A stretch of DNA of 53,288 bases from an uncultured Candidatus Saccharibacteria bacterium (GTDB lineage: Bacteria; Patescibacteriota; Minisyncoccia; Phycocordibacterales; UBA9973): positions 1 through 53,288 of the forward strand of contig CAYYSG010000003.1 in NCBI GenBank assembly GCA_964474375.1, written 5' to 3'. Within the stretch, counting starts at the first letter, position 1, and each line of letters opens with the position of its first letter. Below the pieces are notes generated by a model. The model saw nothing but the letters and a program-made list of their open reading frames with translations. It made no database searches and was not told where the DNA came from. Both the position numbers and the translations under genes were made by a program. Shown here in pieces: positions 34,240 to 41,887 of this stretch.

Positions 34240-34458
34240 ATGACGACCCCCAAACAGAACAGCGGAACGAAGTCGACGATCGTCCTGGAAGACGACCTTC
34301 GGACGGCCCTGGACCAGTTCGTCCAGGGGGATGAAGACCGCCCCCGGACGACCCTTCAGGACGGCATGGTCTTCCTGATCAAGAAGGGTCTTCAGGCGGT
34401 CGGAGCATGGCCCCGAACGACCGAAGACCCGGAACCTAACGATCGGCGGGCCGCCTGA
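34240..34458 (+). CDS. Small transcription regulator (ribbon-helix-helix-like)
   Basis: KSTIVLEDDLRTALDQF...LQDGMVFLIKKGL; the only + strand gene inside the early arm, with its own promoter. Confidence 0.65.
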   Translation: MTTPKQNSGTKSTIVLEDDLRTALDQFVQGDEDRPRTTLQDGMVFLIKKGLQAVGAWPRTTEDPEPNDRRAA

Positions 34459-34729
34459 CACGCCGCATGCGGCCCCTGTTCCCCTTCCAGTTCTTCAGAA
34501 CCTTCCCGCCCGCCGCGACGGGATAGAACCCTATGGTCACAATACGGACCCCGTTCGTCCCTTCGGGGCGAGCGATATACCCCATGTCTTCCAGGCGCTT
34601 CAGGGCCCAGAAGATCGCGGCCCGCCCGTACCCGGTCCGGTCCATCAGGCGTTCCGCCGATATGTTCGGGCACGCGGTCACATGGGCCCAGACGACCCGT
34701 ACCCGTTCCGGAACCAGTCGATCATTCAT
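34436..34729 (-). CDS. Winged-helix DNA-binding protein (LexA N-domain-like)
   Basis: ISAERLMDRTGYGRAAIFWALKRLEDMGYIAR. Confidence 0.7.
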   Translation of the reverse strand: MNDRLVPERVRVVWAHVTACPNISAERLMDRTGYGRAAIFWALKRLEDMGYIARPEGTNGVRIVTIGFYPVAAGGKVLKNWKGNRGRMRRVRRPADR

Positions 34730-34943
34730 TGCCGCCCCCTTCCAGGTCGTCCAGGCATGACACGGACTTGACCCGGCATTTCGCGCAGCGCGGCGGGTTC
34801 GCCTGGACCAGCGGTTCGTCATGGACCCAGCATAGGTTCCCCAGCATGCCCAGGACGGACCCGGATACCTGTCCATCCCGGAACGCATGGACCAGGGCGA
34901 CCCCCAGGGGGACGTCCTGGTCAAGGTCAAGTGTGCTAGTCAT
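34722..34943 (-). CDS. Small Cys/His hypothetical protein
   Basis: CWVH...CAKC; overlaps its neighbours by a few nucleotides. Confidence 0.55.
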   Translation of the reverse strand: MTSTLDLDQDVPLGVALVHAFRDGQVSGSVLGMLGNLCWVHDEPLVQANPPRCAKCRVKSVSCLDDLEGGGNE

Positions 34944-35463
34944 GGCGGACCATCCAGGTTCCCAGAAGCGTTCCCAGCCCCCGGTCGGAGCGAACGGTAT
35001 AGACCTGGTACGCCTGGAACTGGGCATCGTAGAACAGGACCGCGTCCGTCATGAAGCGAAGCCGGTCGACCCCGTCCTGGGCCTTCAGGACGAAGACCTG
35101 GGTCGCCTGGTCGAAGGCCCGGTCGCCGTCCATGCCGGATGTCAGGAAGGTCGACGTTCCCAGACGGGCCGCGACGGCCTTCGCCGCGTAGTATCCGTCC
35201 GTGACATCCGGGACCTGGGCCTGGAACGGAACCCGGACCAGCGTCCCGTCCCGCTCCGCGACCGTGTACGGGACCAGGTCCCGCGTCGACAGGATGAGCC
35301 CGATCTGAAGCTCCGCGTCCGCGTACGTATACGCTTCGTCGACGACGACCCCGTCGATCGACGCGGCATACTTGACGACCTTCCCGATCGCCGTGATTTC
35401 CACTCCGTCCCGGAACGCCCGATAGGGAAATGTTCGGTCGACGGCCTGTATCTGATGGGTCAT
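34936..35463 (-). CDS. Hypothetical protein
   Basis: Initiation signature present; 175 aa. Confidence 0.7.
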   Translation of the reverse strand: MTHQIQAVDRTFPYRAFRDGVEITAIGKVVKYAASIDGVVVDEAYTYADAELQIGLILSTRDLVPYTVAERDGTLVRVPFQAQVPDVTDGYYAAKAVAARLGTSTFLTSGMDGDRAFDQATQVFVLKAQDGVDRLRFMTDAVLFYDAQFQAYQVYTVRSDRGLGTLLGTWMVRHD

Positions 35464-35484
35464 GGGTTCCGTCCTTCCTGCTGA

Positions 35485-36702
35485 TTACAATCCAGCAAAC
35501 ATGGGTAAATCCGCGATCTGTCCGCATCCGGGGCTGAACCAGATCATTTCCCGGCCCGCGTTCTCTCGCCCCGCCCCGTCGCCCTGGCTCCCGTATCCGC
35601 CCGCCCGCTTCCAGCGATAGGGCATCCATGTGTCCGGCATGACCTGGTCGTCCATGCCACACAGCGCAATCCGGAAGGCCGGGTCGTCCCCGTGTTCGAT
35701 CGCCCATGCCTGGGCGGCATGCCATGCGTCCGTCCCGCCGTGTTCGTAGAACGCCGTATCAGTGCCAGGATACGGCGGGTCCAGGAAGACCCCACACGTC
35801 CCGAAGGCGGTCGTAATGCGGGGCGACAGAACCCGTTCCCAGTCGCCGCACACAATACGTACGTTCCGAAGACGGGCGGAAAGCTGGTCAAAATACGCGA
35901 ACAGGTTGGCGTTGGGACGATGGATGGTACTGGTCGCGTCGTACCCTTTGCCGTCCGCCCCAACGCCGCTCGGCATCTTCCGCGCCACGCCGCCGCGAAG
36001 CCGGGAACTGTGGATGCCTTTTACGTGGCCGGCCCCGCCATCAGTGCCGGCCCCAACACTCGGCATCTGCCGCGCAACCCCGCGAAGCCGGGAACTGTGG
36101 ACCCCGGCCTGGGTCGCGGACCCCCCGTCGTTCGCACTGACATGCGGCATTTGCTTTGCTACGCCGCCCCGCAACCGGGCGCTGTGGATGCCTGTATAGC
36201 CACCGTTTCCTTTACCGTCCGCCCCTACCATCGGCATCTGCCGCGCCACGCCGCCCGCCCGCTTGACGACCTTCCCGTCGTCGACCGACCAGGGGCCGCC
36301 CCCGTTACACCAGCCGCTCCCGATCCAGCTTGACGCGCCCCATATCCACCATGCGGCCAGTTCCGGGTCGCAATAATGCGGGTCGACCATAAGACGTTCG
36401 GTCAACCCCTGGGCGGCCTGGACCAGCGCCACATGACGGGCGAACAGGTCGATTTCGTTAATAGGCCAGTCGCATCGGGCCGCGACGGCATGCGGAACGG
36501 TCTGGATGCTCCGCCAGACGTTCGTAATGTGGCCGCTGGCATCGTTCAGCGTTTCAGCACGGGCGGGAGCGGGACATGCCAGGAAGACGGCGGCGGAACC
36601 CGCGAAGGGTTCGACGTACGCATCCAGGGGGCCGAACTGGGACCAGACCAGGTCCGCGACGGCCCGCTTCCCCCCGGCATAGGGGAACGGGGCGGTCAAC
36701 AT
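35485..36702 (-). CDS. D12-class (Dam-like, alpha-group) DNA amino-methyltransferase with an internal repeat array
   Basis: PFPYAGGKR, YVEPFAGSAAV, ETLND and GVFLDPPY; start reassigned to 36702. Confidence 0.9.
   Translation of the reverse strand: MLTAPFPYAGGKRAVADLVWSQFGPLDAYVEPFAGSAAVFLACPAPARAETLNDASGHITNVWRSIQTVPHAVAARCDWPINEIDLFARHVALVQAAQGLTERLMVDPHYCDPELAAWWIWGASSWIGSGWCNGGGPWSVDDGKVVKRAGGVARQMPMVGADGKGNGGYTGIHSARLRGGVAKQMPHVSANDGGSATQAGVHSSRLRGVARQMPSVGAGTDGGAGHVKGIHSSRLRGGVARKMPSGVGADGKGYDATSTIHRPNANLFAYFDQLSARLRNVRIVCGDWERVLSPRITTAFGTCGVFLDPPYPGTDTAFYEHGGTDAWHAAQAWAIEHGDDPAFRIALCGMDDQVMPDTWMPYRWKRAGGYGSQGDGAGRENAGREMIWFSPGCGQIADLPMFAGL
35917..36255 (-). repeat. Four tandem intragenic repeats (three of exactly 87 nt/29 aa)
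   Basis: GGVARQMP-(variable)-GIHSxRLR units at 36255-36169, 36168-36082, 36081-35995 and 35994 to about 35917. Confidence 0.9.
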
Positions 36703-36947
36703 GGGGCCCCCGCTTCGACGTCGACGTCGACGACCAGGTCCATGACTTCCTGGGTCCATCCGTCGTCCTGGGGGGCGGCCTTCTGGGCCCGTAACCAGTC
36801 ACGAAGGGCCCATCGCACGATCGTGCTGACCTGCGTTTCCAGGCGGTCCGCCGCATCCTGGACGTCCTGCTTCAGTTCGGGCGAACACTCCGCCCCGATC
36901 CAGGTTCGCCCCGTCCCCTGGGCGTCCTGTCCTGTCTGTTCTGTCAT
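36696..36947 (-). CDS. Ribbon-helix-helix regulator (CopG/Arc-like, Cro position)
   Basis: WIGAECSPELKQDVQDAADRLETQVSTIVRWALRDWL. Confidence 0.75.
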   Translation of the reverse strand: MTEQTGQDAQGTGRTWIGAECSPELKQDVQDAADRLETQVSTIVRWALRDWLRAQKAAPQDDGWTQEVMDLVVDVDVEAGAPC

Positions 36948-36986
36948 TCCTTCCGCCTTCCCTTATGAACATCCGGTCGCCCGGAT

Positions 36987-37047
36987 AGTGTATCATGATT
37001 GCGGAACGGTTTCAATATTTGCGGGATATACGAACATGATCTATAGT
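36987..37047. promoter_or_regulatory. Back-to-back divergent promoters (genetic switch region)
   Basis: - strand: TTGAAA(37015)-17-TACACT with an extended TG. + strand: TTGCGG(37019)-17-TATAGT(37042). Confidence 0.65.
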
Positions 37048-37106
37048 TCGGGCTGTCCGACAGGCTGTCGAAGTGTCCGTCCATGCAGACGAAGGAAGGA
37101 AGACCC

Positions 37107-37526
37107 ATGCCCATAACAGAACTGGCCCGGTTTTTGCGGGCCGAGGTCGAACGGACGTCCTACGAACAGGTATCCGAACGAACGGGGGTCGGACGGGGGA
37201 CGATCGAAGACTTGGTCAAGGGGCGGCATAGCGGATACCCGACCCTGGTCACACTCATCCGTATTGCGGATGCGTACGGCATCCCGCTCTACCAGGTTCA
37301 GGAAATGGCGGGGGTCGACCTGGACCTTCCCGGCGACAGGGCCGAGCTAACCCGCCGTCTGGAAAGCCTGGTCAGTCGTGAACCGGCCTGGACGCCGCTT
37401 CTGGAACTTCTGACGACGGCGGACCCGCGTCTGTCTGGTCCGATCCTTCGTCATGTGGAAGCCCTGTACCAGTTAGGGAAAGAACCGCCGCCGTCGCGTC
37501 GACCCAGTGACCGACCAGAAGAATAG
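37107..37526 (+). CDS. XRE-family HTH repressor
   Basis: SYEQVSERTGVGRGTIEDLVKG...PTLVTLIRIADAYGI; divergent from the early arm. Confidence 0.85.
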   Translation: MPITELARFLRAEVERTSYEQVSERTGVGRGTIEDLVKGRHSGYPTLVTLIRIADAYGIPLYQVQEMAGVDLDLPGDRAELTRRLESLVSREPAWTPLLELLTTADPRLSGPILRHVEALYQLGKEPPPSRRPSDRPEE

Positions 37527-37735
37527 TGTCTTCAGTAACCATGCATGCATCCTAGTGTGTGGTGATGATATGCGGTCCGCATACGATAGCACATCCCCCC
37601 GGACCCGATCTATAACAGTCCCGTAACACTTCCCCGACAATCTTTACAGTTTATATATCTTCAGCACACGGATAGCGCGTCAGACAGGACCGGAACGCAT
37701 GTTCTACGTTCTGTCGCATCCGTTCGGGCGGATAC

Positions 37736-37765
37736 TTGACAGGTCGAACGGACGTTCTGTACACT
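37736..37765 (+). promoter_or_regulatory. Promoter for the lysis/packaging operon
   Basis: TTGACA-18-TACACT, followed by hairpin CTGAACC/GGTTCAG. Confidence 0.55.
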
Positions 37766-37801
37766 GAACCGGACACATACTGGTTCAGGAAGGGACGTTC
37801 T

Positions 37802-38971
37802 ATGACAGCGCTTCGCCATCCGCCGATCGTGACCGGGTCCCCGCCGATGGTCGGGGTATGCCTCACGAAGGCGGAATTCCAGGACTACGTCCAGTCGGTT
37901 CCCATCCCCCTGGTCCCCCGCGTATCGGGGATCGTGCTGCACCATACGGTCGAACCGACGCCCCAGGACTGGTCCGGTCTTCGGTCCATGCGGGGCATGC
38001 AAACGTACTATCGGCGGAAGGGCTGGACGTCCGCCCCCCATATCTACGTCGCCCCCGATGGCATTTGGATATTTACCCCCTTACACATGATCGGCATCCA
38101 TGCGAACGCCGGGAACGGGTCGACGAAGGCCGGATGGTATACGATCGGGGTCGAAATGGTCGGGCGCTATGATGCGGCCCGCCCGGACGGAACGATCTGG
38201 GACCTGACCCGCTTCGTCCTGGGAACGCTCTGTCGCCGCTTCCATCTTGACCCGGACCGCGATATAGACCCCCATCGGCAATACAACACGGACAAGACCT
38301 GTCCGGGCTCCGCCGTCAAGATGGAATGGGTCGCAAACGAAGTGAAGCTGTTCTTACAGCACGAATTCACGGCCCCGCCCCCGGCCCGCGTGTATACCCC
38401 CCAGTCCCTCATCATAGCCCCGCCCGGTATCGCGTCGGTCCAGGCTGAACGCTACATGACCGCCCGCCCGATGGGGGAATACGTTCCGATCGACCTGCAT
38501 GACCATATCCTTCCGGAATACTTCCGGGTCTGCATCCCGGTCGGGGTCGACCCCGCCGTCGCAATCGCGCAAATGATCCATGAGACAGGGAACCTGACCA
38601 GCGACTGGGCGGCCCGCCCCCATCGGAACCCCGCTGGGATCGGCGTGACGGGCGTCAAGGGGGAAGGACTGTCGTTCGTGTCCTGGGAACGCCCGAAGGA
38701 CCCGACGAAGGTCGGGAGCGTCGAAGCGCATATCGGGCGCTTACTTGCGTACGCGCTTCCCCTGGACCAGCGGAACCAGCTTCAGTCCGCCCTGATCTAT
38801 CGCGCCATGTCGGTTCGCCCCCTTCCGGCGAAGGTTCACGGCTCCGCGCCGGACCTGCTTCGCCTGGGCGCGGTCCATAACCCGTCTGGAAGCGGATGGG
38901 CGGACCCTGGGGACGAATACGGCGAAGCCCTGGCCGGACTAGCGAACGCCCTGGTCGTCCAGGCGAAATAG
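37802..38971 (+). CDS. Endolysin: Amidase_2 plus a glucosaminidase (GH73)-like domain
   Basis: IVLHHT...APHIYV...IGVEMVG...HRQY..KTCPG, then AIAQMIHETGNLTS...RNPAGIGVTG. Confidence 0.9.
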   Translation: MTALRHPPIVTGSPPMVGVCLTKAEFQDYVQSVPIPLVPRVSGIVLHHTVEPTPQDWSGLRSMRGMQTYYRRKGWTSAPHIYVAPDGIWIFTPLHMIGIHANAGNGSTKAGWYTIGVEMVGRYDAARPDGTIWDLTRFVLGTLCRRFHLDPDRDIDPHRQYNTDKTCPGSAVKMEWVANEVKLFLQHEFTAPPPARVYTPQSLIIAPPGIASVQAERYMTARPMGEYVPIDLHDHILPEYFRVCIPVGVDPAVAIAQMIHETGNLTSDWAARPHRNPAGIGVTGVKGEGLSFVSWERPKDPTKVGSVEAHIGRLLAYALPLDQRNQLQSALIYRAMSVRPLPAKVHGSAPDLLRLGAVHNPSGSGWADPGDEYGEALAGLANALVVQAK

Positions 38972-38982
38972 AAGGAATACTG

Positions 38983-39207
38983 ATGGAACCGCTAGACCCC
39001 CGCGATGCGGCCATAATTGAACTGAAGGTCCAGGTGGGCGACCTTCGGGACCAGGTCGCCCGCCTAACCGAACAGATCGTCCATCGTATGGTCGACCCCC
39101 AGGCGGCCCTGAAGGACCGCCTGGACGACGTCGACCGTCGTCTGGGGACCGTCGAAGAACAGGTTCACGCCCTGATGGGATGGGACCCAGGGAAGGAAGC
39201 GCTATGA
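38983..39207 (+). CDS. Small coiled-coil protein in the lysis cassette
   Basis: Heptad pattern; SD GAAGGA; ATGA-coupled to the next gene. Confidence 0.65.
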   Translation: MEPLDPRDAAIIELKVQVGDLRDQVARLTEQIVHRMVDPQAALKDRLDDVDRRLGTVEEQVHALMGWDPGKEAL

Positions 39208-39554
39208 TCCTGTCGACCCTGCTTCAGCAAACCCCGACCCTGGACATCCCGTGGTGGGTTCAGGTCATCCTGCTTCCGGGCGCGGGATGGCTGGCCGCCC
39301 AGGTTTTCCCGATCCTTCGGGACCGGGCGCAACAGACCATCCAGACCGAGCAGGAAGAACGGAAGCACCGTTTAGCCCTGGATGAACGCGGGGTCAAGGC
39401 CCAGGAGAACATGGCGGCGGCGGTCGACCAGATCGGGCGGACGCTTGCGGTCATGCAATTCCAGATCAGCACGATCGAACGGCATCTGGGCATGAGCCCG
39501 GACGACAAAGTCGTTCCGCGCCAGCGGGACCGGGATGACAGGAAGGCCCCATGA
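39204..39554 (+). CDS. Holin-like single-TM protein
   Basis: One TM segment (WWVQVILLPGAGWLAAQVF), a coiled coil and a charged tail; follows the endolysin. Confidence 0.55.
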   Translation: MILSTLLQQTPTLDIPWWVQVILLPGAGWLAAQVFPILRDRAQQTIQTEQEERKHRLALDERGVKAQENMAAAVDQIGRTLAVMQFQISTIERHLGMSPDDKVVPRQRDRDDRKAP

Positions 39555-40204
39555 GCGGAACCGGGAACCCCATGCGCGTCGACGACGATCGGTTGTGTGG
39601 CGCGAAGACCCGGGCGGGCGGGTCCTGTCGCCGGGTCGCAATGGCGAACGGGCGCTGTGACATGCACGGCGGAAAGTCGCTGTCCGGCATCGCGGCCCCT
39701 GCGTTCAAACACGGGCGCTATTCGAAGCATCTTCCGGCCCGGATGGCGGAGCGATACCAGGCATCCCTGGACGACCCGGACGCGCTGAACTTGCGACAGG
39801 ATGTCGCCCTGGTCGACGCCCGCCTGAACGACCTGCTATCCCAGGTCGACACGGGCGAAAGCGGTCGCCGCTGGGGGCTTCTGAAGGACGCGGCGGATGC
39901 GTACCAGGATGCGTCGACCCCGGACGACCAGAAGACGGCCCTTCGTCGCATGCTGGGGCTCATCCAGGCCGGGTTCAGTGATCACCTTGCATGGCAGGAT
40001 ATAGGACAGGCCCTGGAACAGCGGCGGAAGCTGGTCGACACGGAAGCGAAGCGCCTGAACCAGAACCGCCTGACTATTTCCGTTGAACGCGGCCTGGTTC
40101 TTATGGGCGCTATGGTCCAGATCGTCCGGAACCACGTCAAGGACCCGCATGTCCTGGGAGCGATAGCGGATGAATTCGAACAGCTTACGATCGTCGACGG
40201 CTGA
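39551..40204 (+). CDS. terS: Terminase small subunit (HGGxSTG-motif type)
   Basis: CGAKTRAGGSC...GRCDMHGGKS...KHGRYSK; immediately upstream of terL. Confidence 0.8.
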   Translation: MSGTGNPMRVDDDRLCGAKTRAGGSCRRVAMANGRCDMHGGKSLSGIAAPAFKHGRYSKHLPARMAERYQASLDDPDALNLRQDVALVDARLNDLLSQVDTGESGRRWGLLKDAADAYQDASTPDDQKTALRRMLGLIQAGFSDHLAWQDIGQALEQRRKLVDTEAKRLNQNRLTISVERGLVLMGAMVQIVRNHVKDPHVLGAIADEFEQLTIVDG

Positions 40205-41570
40205 ACGGCGGATGGTCCAGTACGGAGCGGACCAGCTTCGGGAGCCCGTGACCGACCAGAACGGCCCGATCGCGTGGCGCGGCTCCGCCGCGCAAGTTCA
40301 GGACTGTTACGACCAGGAATGGATGATCGCGGGCCCCGCTGAAACGGGGAAGACCTGGGCGGCCTTATGGAAGCTGGACAATCTCATGCGGTCGACCCCG
40401 AAGGCGAAGGCGGCCCTGGTCCGGAAAGTCGCGGCGGACATCCCGGCGACGGTGTTACAGACCTGGTATCGGGTCCTGGAACGGTCTGGGAGCGGCGCGG
40501 AACCGTACGGTGGGAAACATCGGCCCAGTGAATTCGTCTATCCGAACGGGGCGGTTCTGTATATCGGCGGCATGGACCGGGCGTCCGCCGTGCTGTCCGG
40601 GGAACGGGACTTCGTGTACGTCAATCAGGCGGAAGAACTGTCCCTGAACGACTGGGAAACGCTGTCAACGCGAACCACGGGGCGCGGCGCGGTCACGGAT
40701 ACGCCCATGCTGTTCGGGGATTGCAATCCCGGCCCGCCGTCGCACTGGATTTTAGCCCGACAGGGTCTGAAGCTGTTTCACTCCCAGCATAAGGACAATC
40801 CGTCCCTGTACCGGGATGACGGGAGCTTGACCGCCCAGGGCGAACGGACCATGAAGACCCTGTCCCGCTTGACCGGCATCCGGCGCGAACGGCTGTTCCT
40901 GGGCCGCTGGGTCGCCGCTGAAGGGACCGTCTACGAATTCGACCGGGCGCGGCATCTGCTACCCCGGTTCGACATCCCGAAGGACTGGGCGCGGTATCGG
41001 GCGATCGACTGGGGCTATACGAACCCGTTCGTCTGTCAATGGTGGGCGGTCGACGGGGACGGGCGGATGTACCTGTATCGGGAGATATACATGTCCAGGC
41101 GGACCGTTCGGAAACATGCGGGACAGATCAAAGACCTGGAACGCTGGACGCTTCCAGACGGCGAAACGAACCCGGACCGGGAACGTATCGCGGGGACGAT
41201 CGCGGACCATGACGCGGAAGACCGCGAAACGCTCCGCGAAGAAGGCATCCCCAGTCGACCGGCGAACAAAGCGATTACAGTCGGCATCCAGAAGGTCCAG
41301 GAACGCCTTCAGGACGCGGAAGACGGGCGGCCCAGGTTGTTCGTCCTGGAAGGGTCCCTGGTCGAACTGGACCAGGACCTGGTCAATGCCCATCAGCCGA
41401 CGTCGACGCTTGCGGAATTCGACGAATACGCATGGCCGAAGGGACAGGACGGGAAGGCCGTCAAGGAAGTCCCGGTCGACGCCTATAACCACGGGATGGA
41501 TGCCATGCGCTATATGGCTATGCGTCTGGATCGATCGTATCAGAATACCGCGTTAGGGGCGTTCTCATGA
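40170..41570 (+). CDS. terL: Terminase large subunit (start may be 40212)
   Basis: GPAETGKT Walker A, YVNQAEE, GDCNP, IDWGYTNP and NHGMDAMRY. Confidence 0.95.
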   Translation: MNSNSLRSSTAERRMVQYGADQLREPVTDQNGPIAWRGSAAQVQDCYDQEWMIAGPAETGKTWAALWKLDNLMRSTPKAKAALVRKVAADIPATVLQTWYRVLERSGSGAEPYGGKHRPSEFVYPNGAVLYIGGMDRASAVLSGERDFVYVNQAEELSLNDWETLSTRTTGRGAVTDTPMLFGDCNPGPPSHWILARQGLKLFHSQHKDNPSLYRDDGSLTAQGERTMKTLSRLTGIRRERLFLGRWVAAEGTVYEFDRARHLLPRFDIPKDWARYRAIDWGYTNPFVCQWWAVDGDGRMYLYREIYMSRRTVRKHAGQIKDLERWTLPDGETNPDRERIAGTIADHDAEDRETLREEGIPSRPANKAITVGIQKVQERLQDAEDGRPRLFVLEGSLVELDQDLVNAHQPTSTLAEFDEYAWPKGQDGKAVKEVPVDAYNHGMDAMRYMAMRLDRSYQNTALGAFS

Positions 41571-41887
41571 TTGACCCATACCTGAAGCTCATGTTCGGCC
41601 TGGGCCTTCTGCTGATCTGTCTGGGCGGAGCGCTGGTCCGGGTCCCCGCCGTTCGGCGCGGGACGTACGTCGTCGGGGTCTGGATCGTCTGGGGATGGGA
41701 ACAGCTTGTCTACGTCGTCGCCCAGGCCGTCGCATGGGTCTATACGGTCGCCCTGCTTCTGATGGGCGCGGTTCTGGCGGTCGTCGCCCTGGTCGGGTAC
41801 GGGATCGGACTGGCGGCGGGGCTGGTCGTCCGTATCGTTCTCTGGGTCTGGGTCGCCTTCGTGGAAGGGTATAAGGAAACGGTATGA
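41567..41887 (+). CDS. Hydrophobic membrane protein between terL and portal
   Basis: Almost wholly hydrophobic 106 aa; ATGA-coupled on both sides. Confidence 0.7.
   Translation: MIDPYLKLMFGLGLLLICLGGALVRVPAVRRGTYVVGVWIVWGWEQLVYVVAQAVAWVYTVALLLMGAVLAVVALVGYGIGLAAGLVVRIVLWVWVAFVEGYKETV

Noticed and set aside
35917-36255. MTase or fibre repeats as a diversity-generating retroelement
   Set aside because: No reverse transcriptase, and the differences between copies are not adenine-specific.
37530-37730. tRNA or tmRNA in the non-coding gap
   Set aside because: No cloverleaf or T-loop GTTCRA pattern in context, and no ORF with an SD.
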